A stretch of 64,000 nt of DNA from Octopus vulgaris (GCA_951406725.2 OX597820.1:109864001-109928000); one strand, 5' to 3'. Positions 40,172-54,160 are shown, counted from the first letter of the stretch. Notes: generated from the sequence alone by a model not told the origin. Numbers and translations are program-made.

Positions 40172-40175
<4 letters not shown>
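39760..40175 (-). mobile_element. tRNA-derived SINE with internal (TA)n/(CA)n; further copies at ~40660-41005(-), ~57590-57975(-), ~60020-60295(+), ~60480-60670(+)
   Basis: Shared blocks 'gactgcggccatgctggagcacc', 'agtacttattctatcgg', 'aaatccactcacaaggc' and 'cagtgggactgaaccc'. Confidence 0.8.
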
Positions 40176-40226
<51 letters not shown>

Positions 40227-40605
40227 AATAAGGGTGAAAAATTGAATATTAATTTGATTAATATCATTTTAAAACCAGTGGCCTAGCATATTGATAAATC
40301 TGAAGATTCAGAAAAATTATATTACATACATATAAGAAGGATGACCACTAAGTGGACATCCATTATGCTAGAGGTAGACCCAATATGGTCTGACAACTAA
40401 GAAAAGATTGTTCTCAAGAAAATTCAGCAAACGCCAGAACGTAAGCGAGCAAGACAAATGAAAAGATACACAATATAAAGATTAATTACAAACCCGGTTT
40501 CATTGTTACCACTTACATAATACTTAAGTAAATGTCTGCAATTCATCAGTGTGTATGCCCACTTAGTGATCATCCCTCTTATATGTATGTATGTATGTAT
40601 GTATG

Positions 40606-40639
<34 letters not shown>

Positions 40640-40837
40640 TGTATGTATGTATGTATGTATTCTTTTATTTGCTTGAGTCATTTGACTGCGGCTATGCTGG
40701 AGCACTGCCTTTAGTCGAACAAATCAACCACAGGACTTATTCTTTGTAAGCCCAGTACCTATTCTATTGAACTCTTTTGCCGAATCGCTAAGTTACAGGG
40801 ACGTAGACACACCGAAATCGGTTGTCAAGTGATGGTG

Positions 40838-40888
<51 letters not shown>

Positions 40889-41002
40889 ACTACCAAATCC
40901 ACTCATGAGGCTTTGGTCGGCCCAATGTTAAATTAGAAGACACTTACCTGAGGTACCGCGCAGTGGGACTGAAAACGGAAACCATGTGATTGGTAAGTAA
41001 GC

Positions 41003-42355
41003 TACTTTATTTCAATATTTTTGCCATAAAGGCATTACATAGAGGGGACACTACAACGCATGTGGGGACATATAACAATTAACAATATATAAAAATAAAA
41101 TATGATATTATGAATGACACATGAAAATGAACATAAAAAACAAATTAAAGTTATGATAACATACGTAATATTTGAAAATGAAAATATGGAGAGTGTGCTA
41201 CTCACCCCATACTGAGCAACATCTGAGTCCTAATTTCCTTTTAATCTCTGTTCCATTTCCTTTATCGCTCCATGACTACACTCTCTCGTAACCTTTTTCA
41301 CCGGGGGAGGGGGTTTTCTAAACTCTGAGGTGTCTGCTCTTTTTTTTCTTTTTTTCCTGTGGGGAATTGGGGTGGGTAGGTTTGGTGTCTGTATGGGGAG
41401 GGTGGGTCTGAGTGGTCTTGGGTGGGATGGAGTTGGACTGGGGTACCACATCACACTCAGTTTTCTTTCTTTTTTTCTCTTCCTTCTACTCTCTGTTCTT
41501 CCTCCTTTTCCTCTCTTTTCTCTTCCGTCTCCACAACTGTTTATTTACTATTGTCCTCTGTAAAGGGCAGTATGTTATAATGTGTCCCTTTTGATCACAT
41601 TTAAAGCAACGTGGTTCTCTTCCCTCTACCCACACCCTCAGCACAATTTCCCCCAAAGTCACCGTCTCTGCCAAACTCTCCAATTGTTCCACCTCCGTCT
41701 GTATAATTAATTCTAGTGTCTTCGCTTTCCACCCTCCTTCTTCCGTTTCTGTGGCTTCAAGGACAGCCACTTTCTCCTCACTTCCAACAAGGACAGCCGC
41801 CGCCAACCAAGCCACTTCTATATTAGGTGGGATTGCTTCTACCCTTGCCTTGAAAGTCTTTCTTCCAAGGTATGTGGGCAGAAGCACTACTTCCTCTGTT
41901 TTCACCGCCACACTCGCCTCTACTGTCCTAAATTGGACGACCATTGTCCCATATCTCCTTCTTTATATATGTTATTTCCTTAGAGCATTTTCCATTTCAG
42001 CTTCCACTTGCTTGGCCTTTTTTTCTTTTTAACAAGAACAGCTTATAGGTGATCGTTTTTTTCTCCATCCGCTCCATAATTCCTTTGGGGGTGACAGCCT
42101 CACGTCGCCTCCCACCTTCTGTACCATCTTCTCATACTCCTTCAGACCAGCCAAGTCCAACTCCCTTCGCTTCATCTCCGTGGCCTCAGCAAAACTCCTT
42201 GTCTTATCCAACACTCCGTCCATCTTTATGACCACCCTTACCAGCTCCTCCTCTACTGAAGACAACTCAGACCCGCTAAGGTCTGAGTACATCATGTCTA
42301 CCCTCAAAGCAGCAGCAAAAAAAAATAATAATAACGTCTGACTCGCACAAACGAC
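41003..42355 (-). mobile_element. ORF1-only L1/Tx1-like retroelement (HAL1-like) with CCHC zinc knuckle
   Basis: Broken ORF with VWVEGREPRCFKCDQKGHIITYCP and a basic C-terminus. The stop at 41230 is followed directly by a short 3' UTR ending in AATAAAG (~41005), with no ORF2. Confidence 0.6.
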
Positions 42356-42686
42356 AAACCAAGTGCACTGTTTGTTTCTACTATCTTGTTCTCACTGCCC
42401 TGTTCTTGTTACCACTTTCACCCTCCGCAAAAAATCCCAAACTTTATTTGATTTGCTTTGCCGATGATGTTGACTTGTTTCTCTTTTCGGATTATGGCTG
42501 CTGTTGCTTAGTGAGTGGGATTGACTCAGTGCACAGCCTTTCCTCACTTTAAAAAAATCTTCTTGCACAGGCATCGCACGATAACAACATTGTTCATGAT
42601 TGTTGATGGTGCTGTGAGTCTCAACTGAATGGCTGGCTGTAGCCTTAAAAAGTAAATAAAAGTCACATTCGATCACAGCAGCCATC

Positions 42687-42717
<31 letters not shown>

Positions 42718-43043
42718 TGTATGTATGTATTATGTATGTATGTATTATGTATGTATGTATTATGTCAGGTCACTTTCGTGTGCTACTGGTAACATGTAAC
42801 CCAGAACAACCTGTTGCATGGTCGGGTCGTCAGCAACTAAACCGGCAATCCCACCAAGCTTGGACACCCTGCGGAATTAAAAACAAAACCCGTCAAAGGG
42901 CGGAGGAACTCTTGAGAGTCAACGGCCATCCAATAAATGTCTTAAGGCTGTATCATGCGCGGGGACATAGAAATAATCGGACTGAATACCCGATCGATAA
43001 CAACATTGATTAAGCTTCGTGCAATGGCCATACTCGATAACGA

Positions 43044-43081
<38 letters not shown>

Positions 43082-43271
43082 TATATATACTATATATATA
43101 CTATATATACTAGCTTATATATATATATATATATACTAGCTTAAGGTGACCCGCATATATATATATATATACTATATATACTAGCTTATATATATATATA
43201 TATACTAGCTTAAGGTGACCCGCATATATATATATATATACTATATATACTAGCTTATATATATATATATA

Positions 43272-44875
43272 TACTAGCTTAAGGTGACCCGCTCTACGCA
43301 CGGGTAAGAGTGTGGTTGTTATTTTCTGTTGCATCCTTTCGGCACGTAAAAATCACCATCCGAACGTGGCCGCTGCCAGTGCCCCTCCCCCCGTGGCACC
43401 TGTGCCGGTGGCACGAAAAAAGCACCCACTACAATCACAGAGTGGTTGGCGTTAGGAAGGGCATCCAGCTGTAGAAACACTGCCAGATCAGACTGGAGCT
43501 TGGTGCAGCCTCCTGGCTTCCCAGACCCCGGTCAAACCGTACTAGCATGGAAAATGGACGTTAAACGATGATGATGATTCTCCCTGTTTGTTTCTCTCTC
43601 CTTTCTCTCTCCCTTTCCCACTCTCTTACTCTTCCTTTCTCTCGGACTCTCCCCCGCTTTCTCTTACTCTCTATCTTTCTCTATCTGTCTCTCTCCCATT
43701 TATAAACAACAAAAGATCTTGAGTAAGTTGAGAAAGAAAGTAGTTTGAAAAATCAATCATAAATATCAGGCAGTGACAACGGAAAGGTCTGCTTCAAGGC
43801 AGAAAGCAAGACACTAACATTTAAAAGGGACAGGCGAACTTGGGAGCTGAATAAAAATTTTAAAAATATTGGAAACCAAAGTCTGAAAGGATAGAATCTG
43901 AGGATAGTAGAGTCACCATGGCTGGCATTTCTTAACGACGGACAGTAACATAGTGGCAGTTTAACGGCTGGCGTAAAAATTTGAACTTGATGTGAAAGAA
44001 AATTCGTAAACACCAAGTTTTGAAGTGATTGTTTCTCATGACAGTAGACTCACCATGGCAAGCATTATGTGTGTGTGTGTGTGTACGCATTATATATACA
44101 AATGTATACAAATAAATTAAATTAGAGATAAAACCACTATTAGGCAAATCAAACAGTGAAAAACATAAACGAAAACATAAAAATAAAAATATAATATACA
44201 AAATATATAAAATATAAAATTTTAAAATTTTAATTATTTAAATTTAAAATGAAAATTATTAATTTATATTTATTTATTTTTTTTGAATATATATAACTAT
44301 CAAAAAGTATTAAAAAGTTTAATATACATATTCATATATAGAATACACACACACACATACATAAATTAACCCAATAAATATCTGATTCATAATATTTGTT
44401 CTCATGATTGTGTGGTGGTGGTGGTGGCGATGATAATTCTGTCTATGAATGCAGACAGACGTAGAGAGAGAGAGAGAGTGTGTGTGTGAAAGCGCTGTTG
44501 AAGGCGGAGAGGAGGGGGAGATACAGAACGCTCTTTGACGATGTTATAAAGAGAAAGTGAAGGGGAGTTAGACGCTGTTAACGACGTTATATATAGAAAG
44601 TGATGGGAAGGGAGGAAAGAGAATGAGTGACGGAGGAAGACAGATACATTAAAGAATGAGAGTAGACTTGTCAAAGTGAGTTTTTGGCCCTAGCAACGAC
44701 ACCTTTTAAGATGGGGATTTCTTACCTAGCCCACTCTCATCCTCACCTCATTTTACATGTCCCTGTAAATTTTGGAGTCAATCCGACGGGATCTAGTGGC
44801 CCGTTCTAATGCCAAAAACCAGACAAACAAACAAACTTTTCGCATTTCAGTTTTATAAATATATATATATATATC
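43272..44875. mobile_element. Helentron/DINE-1-type non-autonomous element containing an RTE 3'-end fragment (~43335-43580)
   Basis: 5' ACTAGCTTAAGGTGACCCGCTCTACGCACGGG hairpin. 3' 'aaatttggagtcaatccgac...agacaaacaaacaaact...ttttataaatatatat'. Confidence 0.5.
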
Positions 44876-45062
44876 TGTCTTTTTTGTCTTAAAATAGCAG
44901 CGAAGTTATTCGGTTTGTCAATTGTATTGTTGCTGGTGTAGTGGTTTTTGTAACAGTAAGAGTAACAGGGGAGGTAATAGAAGTGGTTGCACTTTTCATC
45001 TCTCTGCCTTCCTTTCCCACTTGTTCGGAAGGAAAGCTTGCATCAGTATGTGTATTATTCAA

Positions 45063-45107
<45 letters not shown>

Positions 45108-45469
45108 AATGTTTTCTTTTCTGTTCGACGTGTTCGGTGATAATAATAGTGGAAATTCCATTTCTAACTGGAACACAGGAAAGCTGACACTTTTTGCTGA
45201 ACTGTCCATGTCTGTTTTCCAGACAGATGAAAATATTTATGAGATAAGATTTTGCAAAATGAAAATTTGCCCTTAAAGGGAAAATCTTCGGGTGAGCTTC
45301 TCTCAAGGCCAAGTAAATGTTATTAGGTACCTTTCTGATAAAAATATATACAGGTATACATAAATAAATACGGAAAAATATATGACGACGCGAACAACAG
45401 CCAATCAGATAGATAGATAGATAAGTAGGTAGGTAGGTATATAGGTAGAGAAAGAGATAGGTAGGTAGA

Positions 45470-48065
45470 TTTCTTTATTAGCCACGCAGGGCCGAATACA
45501 GAGGAGACAAGTCTACGAAAAAGACTACGACAGGGAAGAAACATATAAGAGCAAAGTGCTTTTTCTCTCTCTCTCTTGGATTTACAGAATCGTGCTCAAA
45601 GTGGTTTCGTAGTTTGTGCGTACCATCTTTGCTACGTTCACCCACCTTTTATCGAAACTTTTATGACACAAAACTTCCCTCTTTATTTTCTCCTACCTTC
45701 TCAAGTGGTACTTGAAAAAGCTGATGAACGATTGGCTAGAGAGGAAAGTGTTTGTCTCTAAACATTTCGCACGTGTCCATCACGCACATTCTTTCACCAT
45801 AGACACCAATGAAAACTGCCTTGCCTTCCCGGTTAAAGGATGGTGGCGAGGCAATATTCATGACAGCCTCAGCCGATGACCGAATTCATCCTACACATGA
45901 CAGCAGCTGTTCAACATGAGCCCATAGGTCTGAAATGGTTGAACACTACACGCTCTGACCGCATCTTGGGCAAGTCTGTCCGGTGTTTCGTGAACTGTGC
46001 CCGTAGAACTTATCCCGAATGGGTAATGCTTCCCGATAGCACTGCCAGGTCAGAGATCTCTGGAAATTGTCCTTAGGTCCTGGCCCGAAAGTGGTTCCGA
46101 AGAGGCAGACCAGGTATTCCTCGTCAACACCCAGGGTCACCCAAAGAACATCATCATACCTCCCCTAATCCTCTGTAGAATGCCTTCGTGGAATTAAGGT
46201 CGCACAAGTTTGATTCTGGACGGCAGAGTTGCTCGAGAGCAAAGCCACACTCAAGGTGCCATTCACCTAGCCTCAGTCTCTGACTTACAACTGCAGTTCC
46301 GTCAAAGAGACAAGCTGCGGGAAAACGTGTCTCATAAACGGCAACTACACACTTCACCGTCGTCTATGAAGCGCTGGAGATGTCACAGTCTCAGCGCATG
46401 TCTGCGCATTATCAACCACGGACCAGCCCTCCATTTAGCAGGTGTTGACAGCAAATGGATCGCCTAACCATCGGAATGCTTCCCTTCCACAAAAAGCGAA
46501 AGAGTATGCTTTCCAATTTGATGATGGTTGGTTCGGGACAAGCACGACAGTCAGATGGTAATAGATGACAGATGCAATGTACGCATTCGCCACCTCAGCC
46601 TGACATTTTAGGGATAGCTTCTTCTCGGCCCATTGCTGGGTGAGAGTGGCTACCCTATTTGTTATCTCGTTCCAGTTCTTCTCCATTTAGAGGTCTGGTC
46701 TGAACTAGATCCCAAACAATTTAACCAGTCCGTCGGTCCAGTGTCCCGCGATGGAGGCGCTATTGGACAACACGGGCTTGCTTTTCCAGGTGCCGAGTCG
46801 CAAGTCCACTGACTTGTCTGGGTTAATTTTCACTCCCATTACAGCTCCGTACTCTTTTAGTGTCTCGCCGACCAGGTCGATATGCCTGGGGCTCAATACT
46901 ATAACGGTGACGTTGTCTGCGCATGCAGACACACTCGTCTCACATCCCAGTTCTCGTAGGATGCCGCTCAGCATTGCCAGCTTTCGCAGTAGTGGCTCAT
47001 AATCAATACGTACAGAAGCGATAGATCGATCCAAATTGATCATCACCCCACCCATGCCAGTTTCCTTAACTACCCTGTCTATGATGTAACGCATCAGATG
47101 GAGGTTGTTACGGATACTTCTGCCCGGCACGGCGCATGTTTGCGCCTTGTCGACCAGTTTCTCGATGACAAGTGCCAACCCCTGCGTTGAAGAGAGTGAT
47201 GGGCCTGAAGTTATCTATGACGCTCCCCTTGCTTGGATATTTTTTTAACAGTGCCATCACTCCTCAGCTCACAAAACTGGGGATACTCCGGTTTTGCTGC
47301 TAGTTGCAGTAGACCATTGCCCAAACTTCTCCAAACAAGTCTGGTATATGACAATAAAGCTCGTAGGGCAGACCATCCACGCCTGGTGACTGGTCTCCTC
47401 TGCAGCATGCCATTGCATTCCATATATAGGCGGCTGTGATGGGTCTTTCACAACACTCTGCATCTTTTGCCAAGAGTCGTGGCAGGCCATGCAGGTAGGA
47501 ACTAAAGTCTATCCTGCGTTCTGACTCCCCAGTTGTCCCGAACAGTTGGGCAAAGTGCTGTTGAAAGGTCTAACACATCCTTTCGGGCTCGAGTAATTCG
47601 TGTCCCTGTTCATCTGTCAGAGACCTAATGGTGGCTTTGTTGCCAAGTTTTTCCTCTGCCACTCGGGTGCCTCCAGTTCCTTCGTTTCTCAGAGCACGCA
47701 TCCTAGCTCTCACAATGCAACCTTCGTATTTGGCGTTGAAGTGTTGGTTAAGGGCCAACCTCCCCTCTAGCACGTTGGACGCGATCCCACTTCTATACGC
47801 CTCTTCTAATTTCTTAACTAGGTATCCCTCTATTCTGTTTCGATCTATCGCTAGTCTTTCTATATACCTAACTGATTCTGCTTTAATTGTTCTCTTTAGA
47901 GCATATCAACATTTATTGTTGACGATGCTTCCCACCAAGGCCCTCTTAACTAATGTACTAATCTGGTCTTTGTAGGCCTGTCGCGCCGTGAACGATGCGT
48001 TCAGTTTCCAGTAACTGAGACCCTGCCTATAATTCTTAACTATGTCGAGTGTACAAATTACAAAT
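45470..48065 (-). mobile_element. Decayed Tx1/L1-clade LINE ORF2 fragment with 3' end
   Basis: WKLN, QTCAVPGRSIRNNLHL, ACADNVTV, KINPDKS, KKLSL..AEVAN and CPRCG. 3' UTR ends in AATAAAG near 45475. Confidence 0.8.
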
Positions 48066-48329
48066 TTGTGATCTGTGTAGTTTTCCTATGTGGTGGTTGC
48101 AGTTGTGGAGACAGTGGTGGTGGCAGTAGACATTTGTTCATTCTTCTTACTTTCCTTTCCCACTTGTTTGCTTGGAACACTGTTGTGCGTTGATGTTGTT
48201 CAATTGTGTGTGTGTGTGAACTTAATTCAATGCTTTCTCTCTCTCCTGCAGTGTTCGGCAATGCGGGGACATTAATGTCCATGAAAGACGATGGAATGTT
48301 GGTCACTTCAGTCACGTTATCCATTTTTC

Positions 48330-49592
48330 AGGACAGATTGAAAAAAAAATTTTAATGGCATACATTACGATAATAAAGAAATTTGTGGGGAAAATCTTTT
48401 CCAAGGGGGTGGGGAGAGGACTTCGGAAGATTCACGAGATCCAAGCTTTTCCCTTGTAACTTTTAGGAAAATAGGTTTTTTTTTCAATAAAATTTTTAGG
48501 TTGATAACTTGGAAGATATTACTAACTTGGTTGCAGTTACAGTTTTGCTGTACTTCCTCCTTATTTGTGTGGATTCTTCATCTGATTTTTCGGACTCCTG
48601 ATATTCACTTTCAGTCTCTGCTTCAGACATTGACGATGGCTCTGGAGTTGCTCTGCTTGAAGCTGGCATTTAGGACACTTTTCTTCTTTAGGATAGATGA
48701 ATAGTTTTGGAACTGGCTGCTTTTCCAGTTGTATATCCAACCTGTCCCTTGCTTTCAATTTGAAGATAATATAACCTCCTATCCTCACGGCACAGCCATT
48801 CACCATTTTCTTTTGTGATGTCAAAAATTCCTTTTAATGAATCGTATTTTCCTTGTTTTACTCGTTTATTGTAGGTATTCAACACTTTTTCTACTTTTTC
48901 TTGTGCATTTTGAATTGATAAATATGGGAAATTTAATTTCTTTTGCCATAAAAACGTTACTTCTTTTGAAATATCCTTTGTTCTTTCTTTCCTTGCTTTG
49001 ATGGTACCTCCAAAGAACAGGTAGCGAACGACAATTTGAAGTTTCATTGGTATCTTGCAGTTGTTTTCCAAAGAATGCTCTTCTAAAAGAACGGGTCTTC
49101 TTTTCCTATGTGAGTCTTCAAATTGCACGAGATTCGTCGTCCAGAATTTTTTGTTTCTTTGAGTGACTTGAGCACTTCTCTTATAAGACATTATTTTAGA
49201 CACTCTAGTTGGATAAGCCTCCTATTCTGAAAAAACAATATAGTCAGAGATTTTAGCGTCACAGAAATAAAAAGGAGAAGAAGAGGATATTTCTTAAAGT
49301 AGGGCCTAAGTAATAACAAATTAAAATCTCTATAACTCCTAAACTACTTAAACTTCAAAACTGAAATTTGAGATATACTGCTTCTGCATTGCATTAATCC
49401 AGCACTCCAAGTTTGGTAAAAACTTGAATAGGCATTATGAATCCCCTTAGAATTTTGCATGATTTAGGTCAAAAGTGGTGTAAGATTTCTTAAGTTAGGG
49501 GTGACATTTTTAAAAAAAAACTTAAAATTGTTCATCAAGTTCTGATACAGGAAATTGTTTACTTTCAAAAAAATCAAAAAGTCATAACTCTA
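48330..49592 (-). mobile_element. DNA transposon 5' fragment (tentatively hATm-like)
   Basis: ORF 48688-49203 reads EV..LW..NFP...KVEKVL..Y...IFDI....W...ED..LY..Q....GY. TAGAG terminus at 49592 on -. No second TIR found, so the superfamily is uncertain. Confidence 0.45.
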
Positions 49593-50840
49593 GTATACAT
49601 ATATGTGGCATGCTTTTGTATGTTTGTATGTGTGTGTATGAGTGCATGTTGGGAAACTTTAGATTAGCTCTGATTGAGCAAACTTGTAATCAAAGCTTTC
49701 CCATCATGAACATTCTATCTTAATTTCAAAAAATGTGTCCTTCCTTTTTTAAGATGGTAAATTGTAGTTCTAGAAGAATTTGGTTGTTATTCTTGCATGA
49801 CTGAATGACAATATAATGACTCACTCACTAATTCATAGAAAAATGTTTTCTTTTTTGTTTGTTTTTTTTTTCCAGATTCATATATGATTATTTGTTATTA
49901 ATGTCTTTTTCAGAATCATTTGTTGCATGAAATAGGGATCTAGATGTTGCCAGACTGTTTGTTCAATTAACCATAAAGTTTACTTCCCTCCATACTCTGC
50001 AGTGTGAGCCCTGCTAGAAATAGCAGCCAAATCTCACTAATACATATTCTATTGTCTTTCAAAAGAGGAAGCACATAGATAATGTAACCCAAAATACCCT
50101 GAAAAGACAGGATGATCAAGATTGGAATGTCTTTGATTACAGATTTACTGGATCAGAGTTGATCTAAGATGAGACAACAACAGAAGCAGCAGCAGAAGAA
50201 GTAATATTACATCAATATCTTCTCTACAGAAGCTGGTAGCAATAGCAAACTGAATGTCTCTTTTCAGAATTTAATTTCAACTTCTGTATCAGATTCACCA
50301 TCGACTTCTCTCTTGTCAATACAATAAGCATCAGAAATTTACTGAGAAAACTAGTTAATTTCTTTTAGAAAAGCATGAATGTTGCGACTCTTCAAATCTT
50401 TTCCCTTGTGAAAGTAAAGCCTGATCAAATGAAATCATTGAAGTAACAGTGAAATTAAGATTGACTAACAAGATATGATAAAACTGAAACTTGTGTAGAA
50501 TTATCATAAATATCAGACTTACTCCCCAATGCCTTCCATATATAATTAATTTAAACTAAAATTGTCTCCCTTACCTTTTTTGACTAGAATTAATCATTCA
50601 CACAATGATTAGTTTCATCATTATATATTTGATAAATATGAAATATGTTAGCACCCACTTCAGTTGTCATGTGGCAAGCATACCTGAGTATTTTTACTTT
50701 GTCATTTTTTAAATTATCAACCTACCCTATGTTTATATATAAAACCCTTTCTATCCCTCTAACTATTCTAAGATTTGTAGTTTCAGTTAGACTAAGCTTC
50801 CCTAATGAGGTGTAATGTCTGGATCAGCAATTAGTTAGAC

Positions 50841-51048
50841 CAGCGTTTTTTAAAACATTTTTTGTCGTAACAACCCATTTTATTTATCTCACAACCCATT
50901 GAAGGGTCAGGACCCACAGTTTGAAAAACACTAGTTATATTCTGCACTTTGCACACACTTGCATTTTTTCTTTCCTTCTTTTTTGTTGGGACCCACTTTA
51001 TTTATTTTGTGACCCATTGAAGGGCCGGGACCCACAGTTTGAAAAATG
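50841..51048. mobile_element. hAT-type MITE with duplicated 3' end
   Basis: CAGCGTTTT...GAAAAATG termini, 8-bp flanking repeat AGTTAGAC (50833-50840, 51049-51056), and 'cccattgaaggg...gacccacagtttgaaaaa' present twice. Confidence 0.55.
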
Positions 51049-52498
51049 AGTTAGACTAAGCTTGTATGATTAGGTCTGATAAGATTGAAACTCACCTGGA
51101 TCAGATTCTCTACTTATGGCTTTCTGAATTTAATCAATTTTGTAAGTGATTAAAATTTTGAAGTTTTTTTTTTTTTACCAGAATTAGTCATTTAAAGAAT
51201 AATTTGTTACCCTTACTAAGGGTGTAAATTAATTAAAATTGCTTACTGCATCAAGTAAGTGAGTGCCTGGCTTATTGAATATGTAGGCAACTGCCCAGTT
51301 TATAGAATATGAAGTTGACATAATGAAGATGTTTTATGCCTGTCATTTGAAAGAAAAAGTGATATTAAATCATCGAGTGGAGGATTGGCAAAATTGTTAC
51401 AACATTGAAAAACATGTCTTATGGTATTTGTTCTGGATTTTTACATTCTGAGTTAAAATCCCACCTTTCATTGCTTTATGTTCAATAATAAAAAGCACCC
51501 CTCAAGTACTTGGGGAGATGGTATGAACTAACTTTCCCCACAAAATTGTTAGCCTAATGTCTAAATTAGAAATGATTATTTAAATTTTCAAGTGAGGGGA
51601 AATGGCAGACACTGTGTATTGACTGAACAGGATGCATTTTGCTATTTAGTTTTATCTATTCATGATCTGAGTTCAAACCCAATCTAGAGTGACTGCTTTT
51701 CATTTTTCTGAAGGTCAATAAAATGAAGTATCAGTTTAGTACTGGAATCGATGTATATTGACTGTTCTCTCCCCCAAAATTTGTGTGTTTTTTTTATCTT
51801 TGTTAGAAATCAGTATCATTAACTCTTAAGTAATCTGTATTAACTTTCCCCTACCCTAGTAAGTGTCTGTCAAAGTTAGGAGCGCCATGGCATCTGTAGG
51901 TAGTAATAGAATTCATTGTATCATTCAAGTAAAATAATGAATTCTATCACTAAACATTTCTAACATAAGCACAAGGCCACAAATTGTGAGGGAAGGATAC
52001 ATTAATTAATTCCATTAATCCTTCCCTAGTTCTTGATTGCTGCTCTATTTATCAATCCCAGTAGGAAGAGAGGCAATGCTGATCTTGGCAGCATATGGAC
52101 TTAAAAAGTTGAGAGCCAGAACAAAAACCGTTTTGACTGAGGCTCTAATGATTCTGCCAATCCAAAACTTTTGATATAGGCATGAGGTGATAGATTTGGG
52201 AAGGGTCAATCAATTAAATCGATTGACTGGTTCTTTTTTTGTTTTATTGATCTCCAGAAAGAAAAGGCAAAGTTGACCTTGGCAGGATTTGAAGTCAACA
52301 TAATGAGCCAGAACAAATATTGTAAGGCTCCAACATTGCTGTTAGTCTACAAGGCTTTGCTTTGCTCATAAAAATAATGATTTCTTGTCTTAAAGTGGAA
52401 GAAAACTTTATAATTTCTTTATTATAATAAGATTTTATGTATTGTTTAATAATATTTAAAAATAAGGTTTACATGTCTTTTTCTTGTTTCACTTTCAG

Positions 52499-52567
52499 AG
52501 ATGTTGACCAAAAGACTGGATACATCACAAAAACCATCTTATGTATGCCTATATTCATCCGAGGAAA
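52499..52567 (+). CDS. PDE10A: PDE10A-like GAF-B exon ((R)DVDQKTGYITKTILCMPIFIRG-K)
   Basis: tttcAG acceptor and GTGAGT donor. Matches EVD..TGY.T..ILCMPI..RG. Phase 2/2 joins exon end 21878 across a 30.6-kb intron. Confidence 0.95.
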
Positions 52568-53837
52568 GTGAGTTAATCAGTTTTTACAGCCTTTAAGAAT
52601 GGTTTTGAACAGAGATAGAAGGCCAATGTATTGATAATTTTGTTGAAGTCAGGTGGCTTTAAGTTATTGATCTTTGAATAATTAGAGGACCTACTACTTT
52701 AGCTGTTGTCATTGTTATTCAACTTCAGGTCAATCCTGTATAGGCAAACATATGACCAAACTTATTTCACTCATGTTCACCCTATTTTTCAAACTGTTAT
52801 TTTTAGCAGATTGAGTGACTACGTTTGTGAACTAGCTGCATAAGACTGAGTCATAAGTTATCCAACATCAGCTGAAGTTTTGGTAGTTTGTAGTCTGTTA
52901 CAGCATGTTAAAGGCCAAGACAATCTGTCTATAAGCAAATGCCTCAGGCTGGTGTAGTTTCACCTCTGCAAGCAGTAGTAGCATTGTCAATTTGACAAGT
53001 GCAATGTTCATTTCCTTGTGATATATGCAACAGATTAGTGTCCTATCCACATGCACATCAGCTCAAACTAGAATTAAGATTCTGACTCAAGGAAACCTTG
53101 AGGTTTTGTGAAAGATTCAATTCTAATTGGTGTGTTTGTATTTTACCATTTACCTTTTTTTATGGGTAAATCTTCCTGCACAGAGGAGTGTTTACCATAG
53201 TAAGTAATCTCTCAAGTAATTACTCACCCCTCTATCTACATAAGAAAGAAATGAAATACCCACATTTTCTTCAGTTGTTCTGCTAAAAAGAAAAAGAAAA
53301 CTTGCTTACAAGTAAAAAAAAAAAACATTTTCACTTTCCTATTTGAGTAAATGAGAGCAGCGGAACTTATAAAGGTGGGTTTATGGGTTGCTTGTCCTGC
53401 TACAAATGACAGCCAAATCTCCATTAAAAAAGGAAGGACACAATACATAAGATCACACTAGATACAGTACTTTTATTTTCTGAATGAAAGAAAGAATAGT
53501 TATGCCTTTGATCATTTACCTGCTAAATAATGGCTGACTTGGAGTTAAAGAACAGTAAAAACTATCTTTACTGATGGTTTGTCCATTAGTCAAACATGTA
53601 CAAGTCTTAACGGGTACTTCACAATGCATCCTCAAACAACAGAGGTAAGTGTTGCAAAACTGAAGCACAGACTAAATAAAAGTTTATTCAACATATGAAT
53701 ATTCCACTGTATACATATTTATTCATAACCTACTGTTGTGGTCTAGTTATTTATACACACATTATATAAATACACATACATACATACATACATACATACA
53801 TACATACATACATACATACATACATACATACATACAT

Positions 53838-53884
<47 letters not shown>

Positions 53885-54045
53885 ATGGTTGATACTTCTC
53901 ATTTGAGTGTAACATGACTTAATTAAAATTTTATAGCTCTCTACATTATAGGTGTTTGCTTCCACAGCATATCTTGTGTCCACTATGCATCTATCTCATG
54001 CTTTGTTGATTATGCATAACTATTCCGTCTATTTTCATTTCCTAG

Positions 54046-54160
54046 AGTTATCGGTGTTGTCCAAATGGTAAATAAATTAAATGGAGTTTTTACCAAAGAT
54101 GATGAAGAAGCTTTTGAAGCATTTGCAGTTTACTGTGGCCTTGCTCTGCACCATGCAAAG
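54046..54160 (+). CDS. PDE10A: PDE10A-like GAF-B exon ((K)[38 protein letters not shown])
   Basis: cctAG acceptor and GTAAAA donor. Carries the GAF NK..F...DE motif and the PDE10-typical [10 protein letters not shown] and FAV.C.LALH. Confidence 0.95.

Noticed and set aside
42760-43045. GC-richer island between microsatellites as an RNA gene
   Set aside because: No recognisable RNA family motif. Most likely a fragment of an unclassified repeat.
41230-48065. Single full-length Tx1 element
   Set aside because: ORF1 lies downstream of ORF2 on the - strand, and each piece has its own 3' end.
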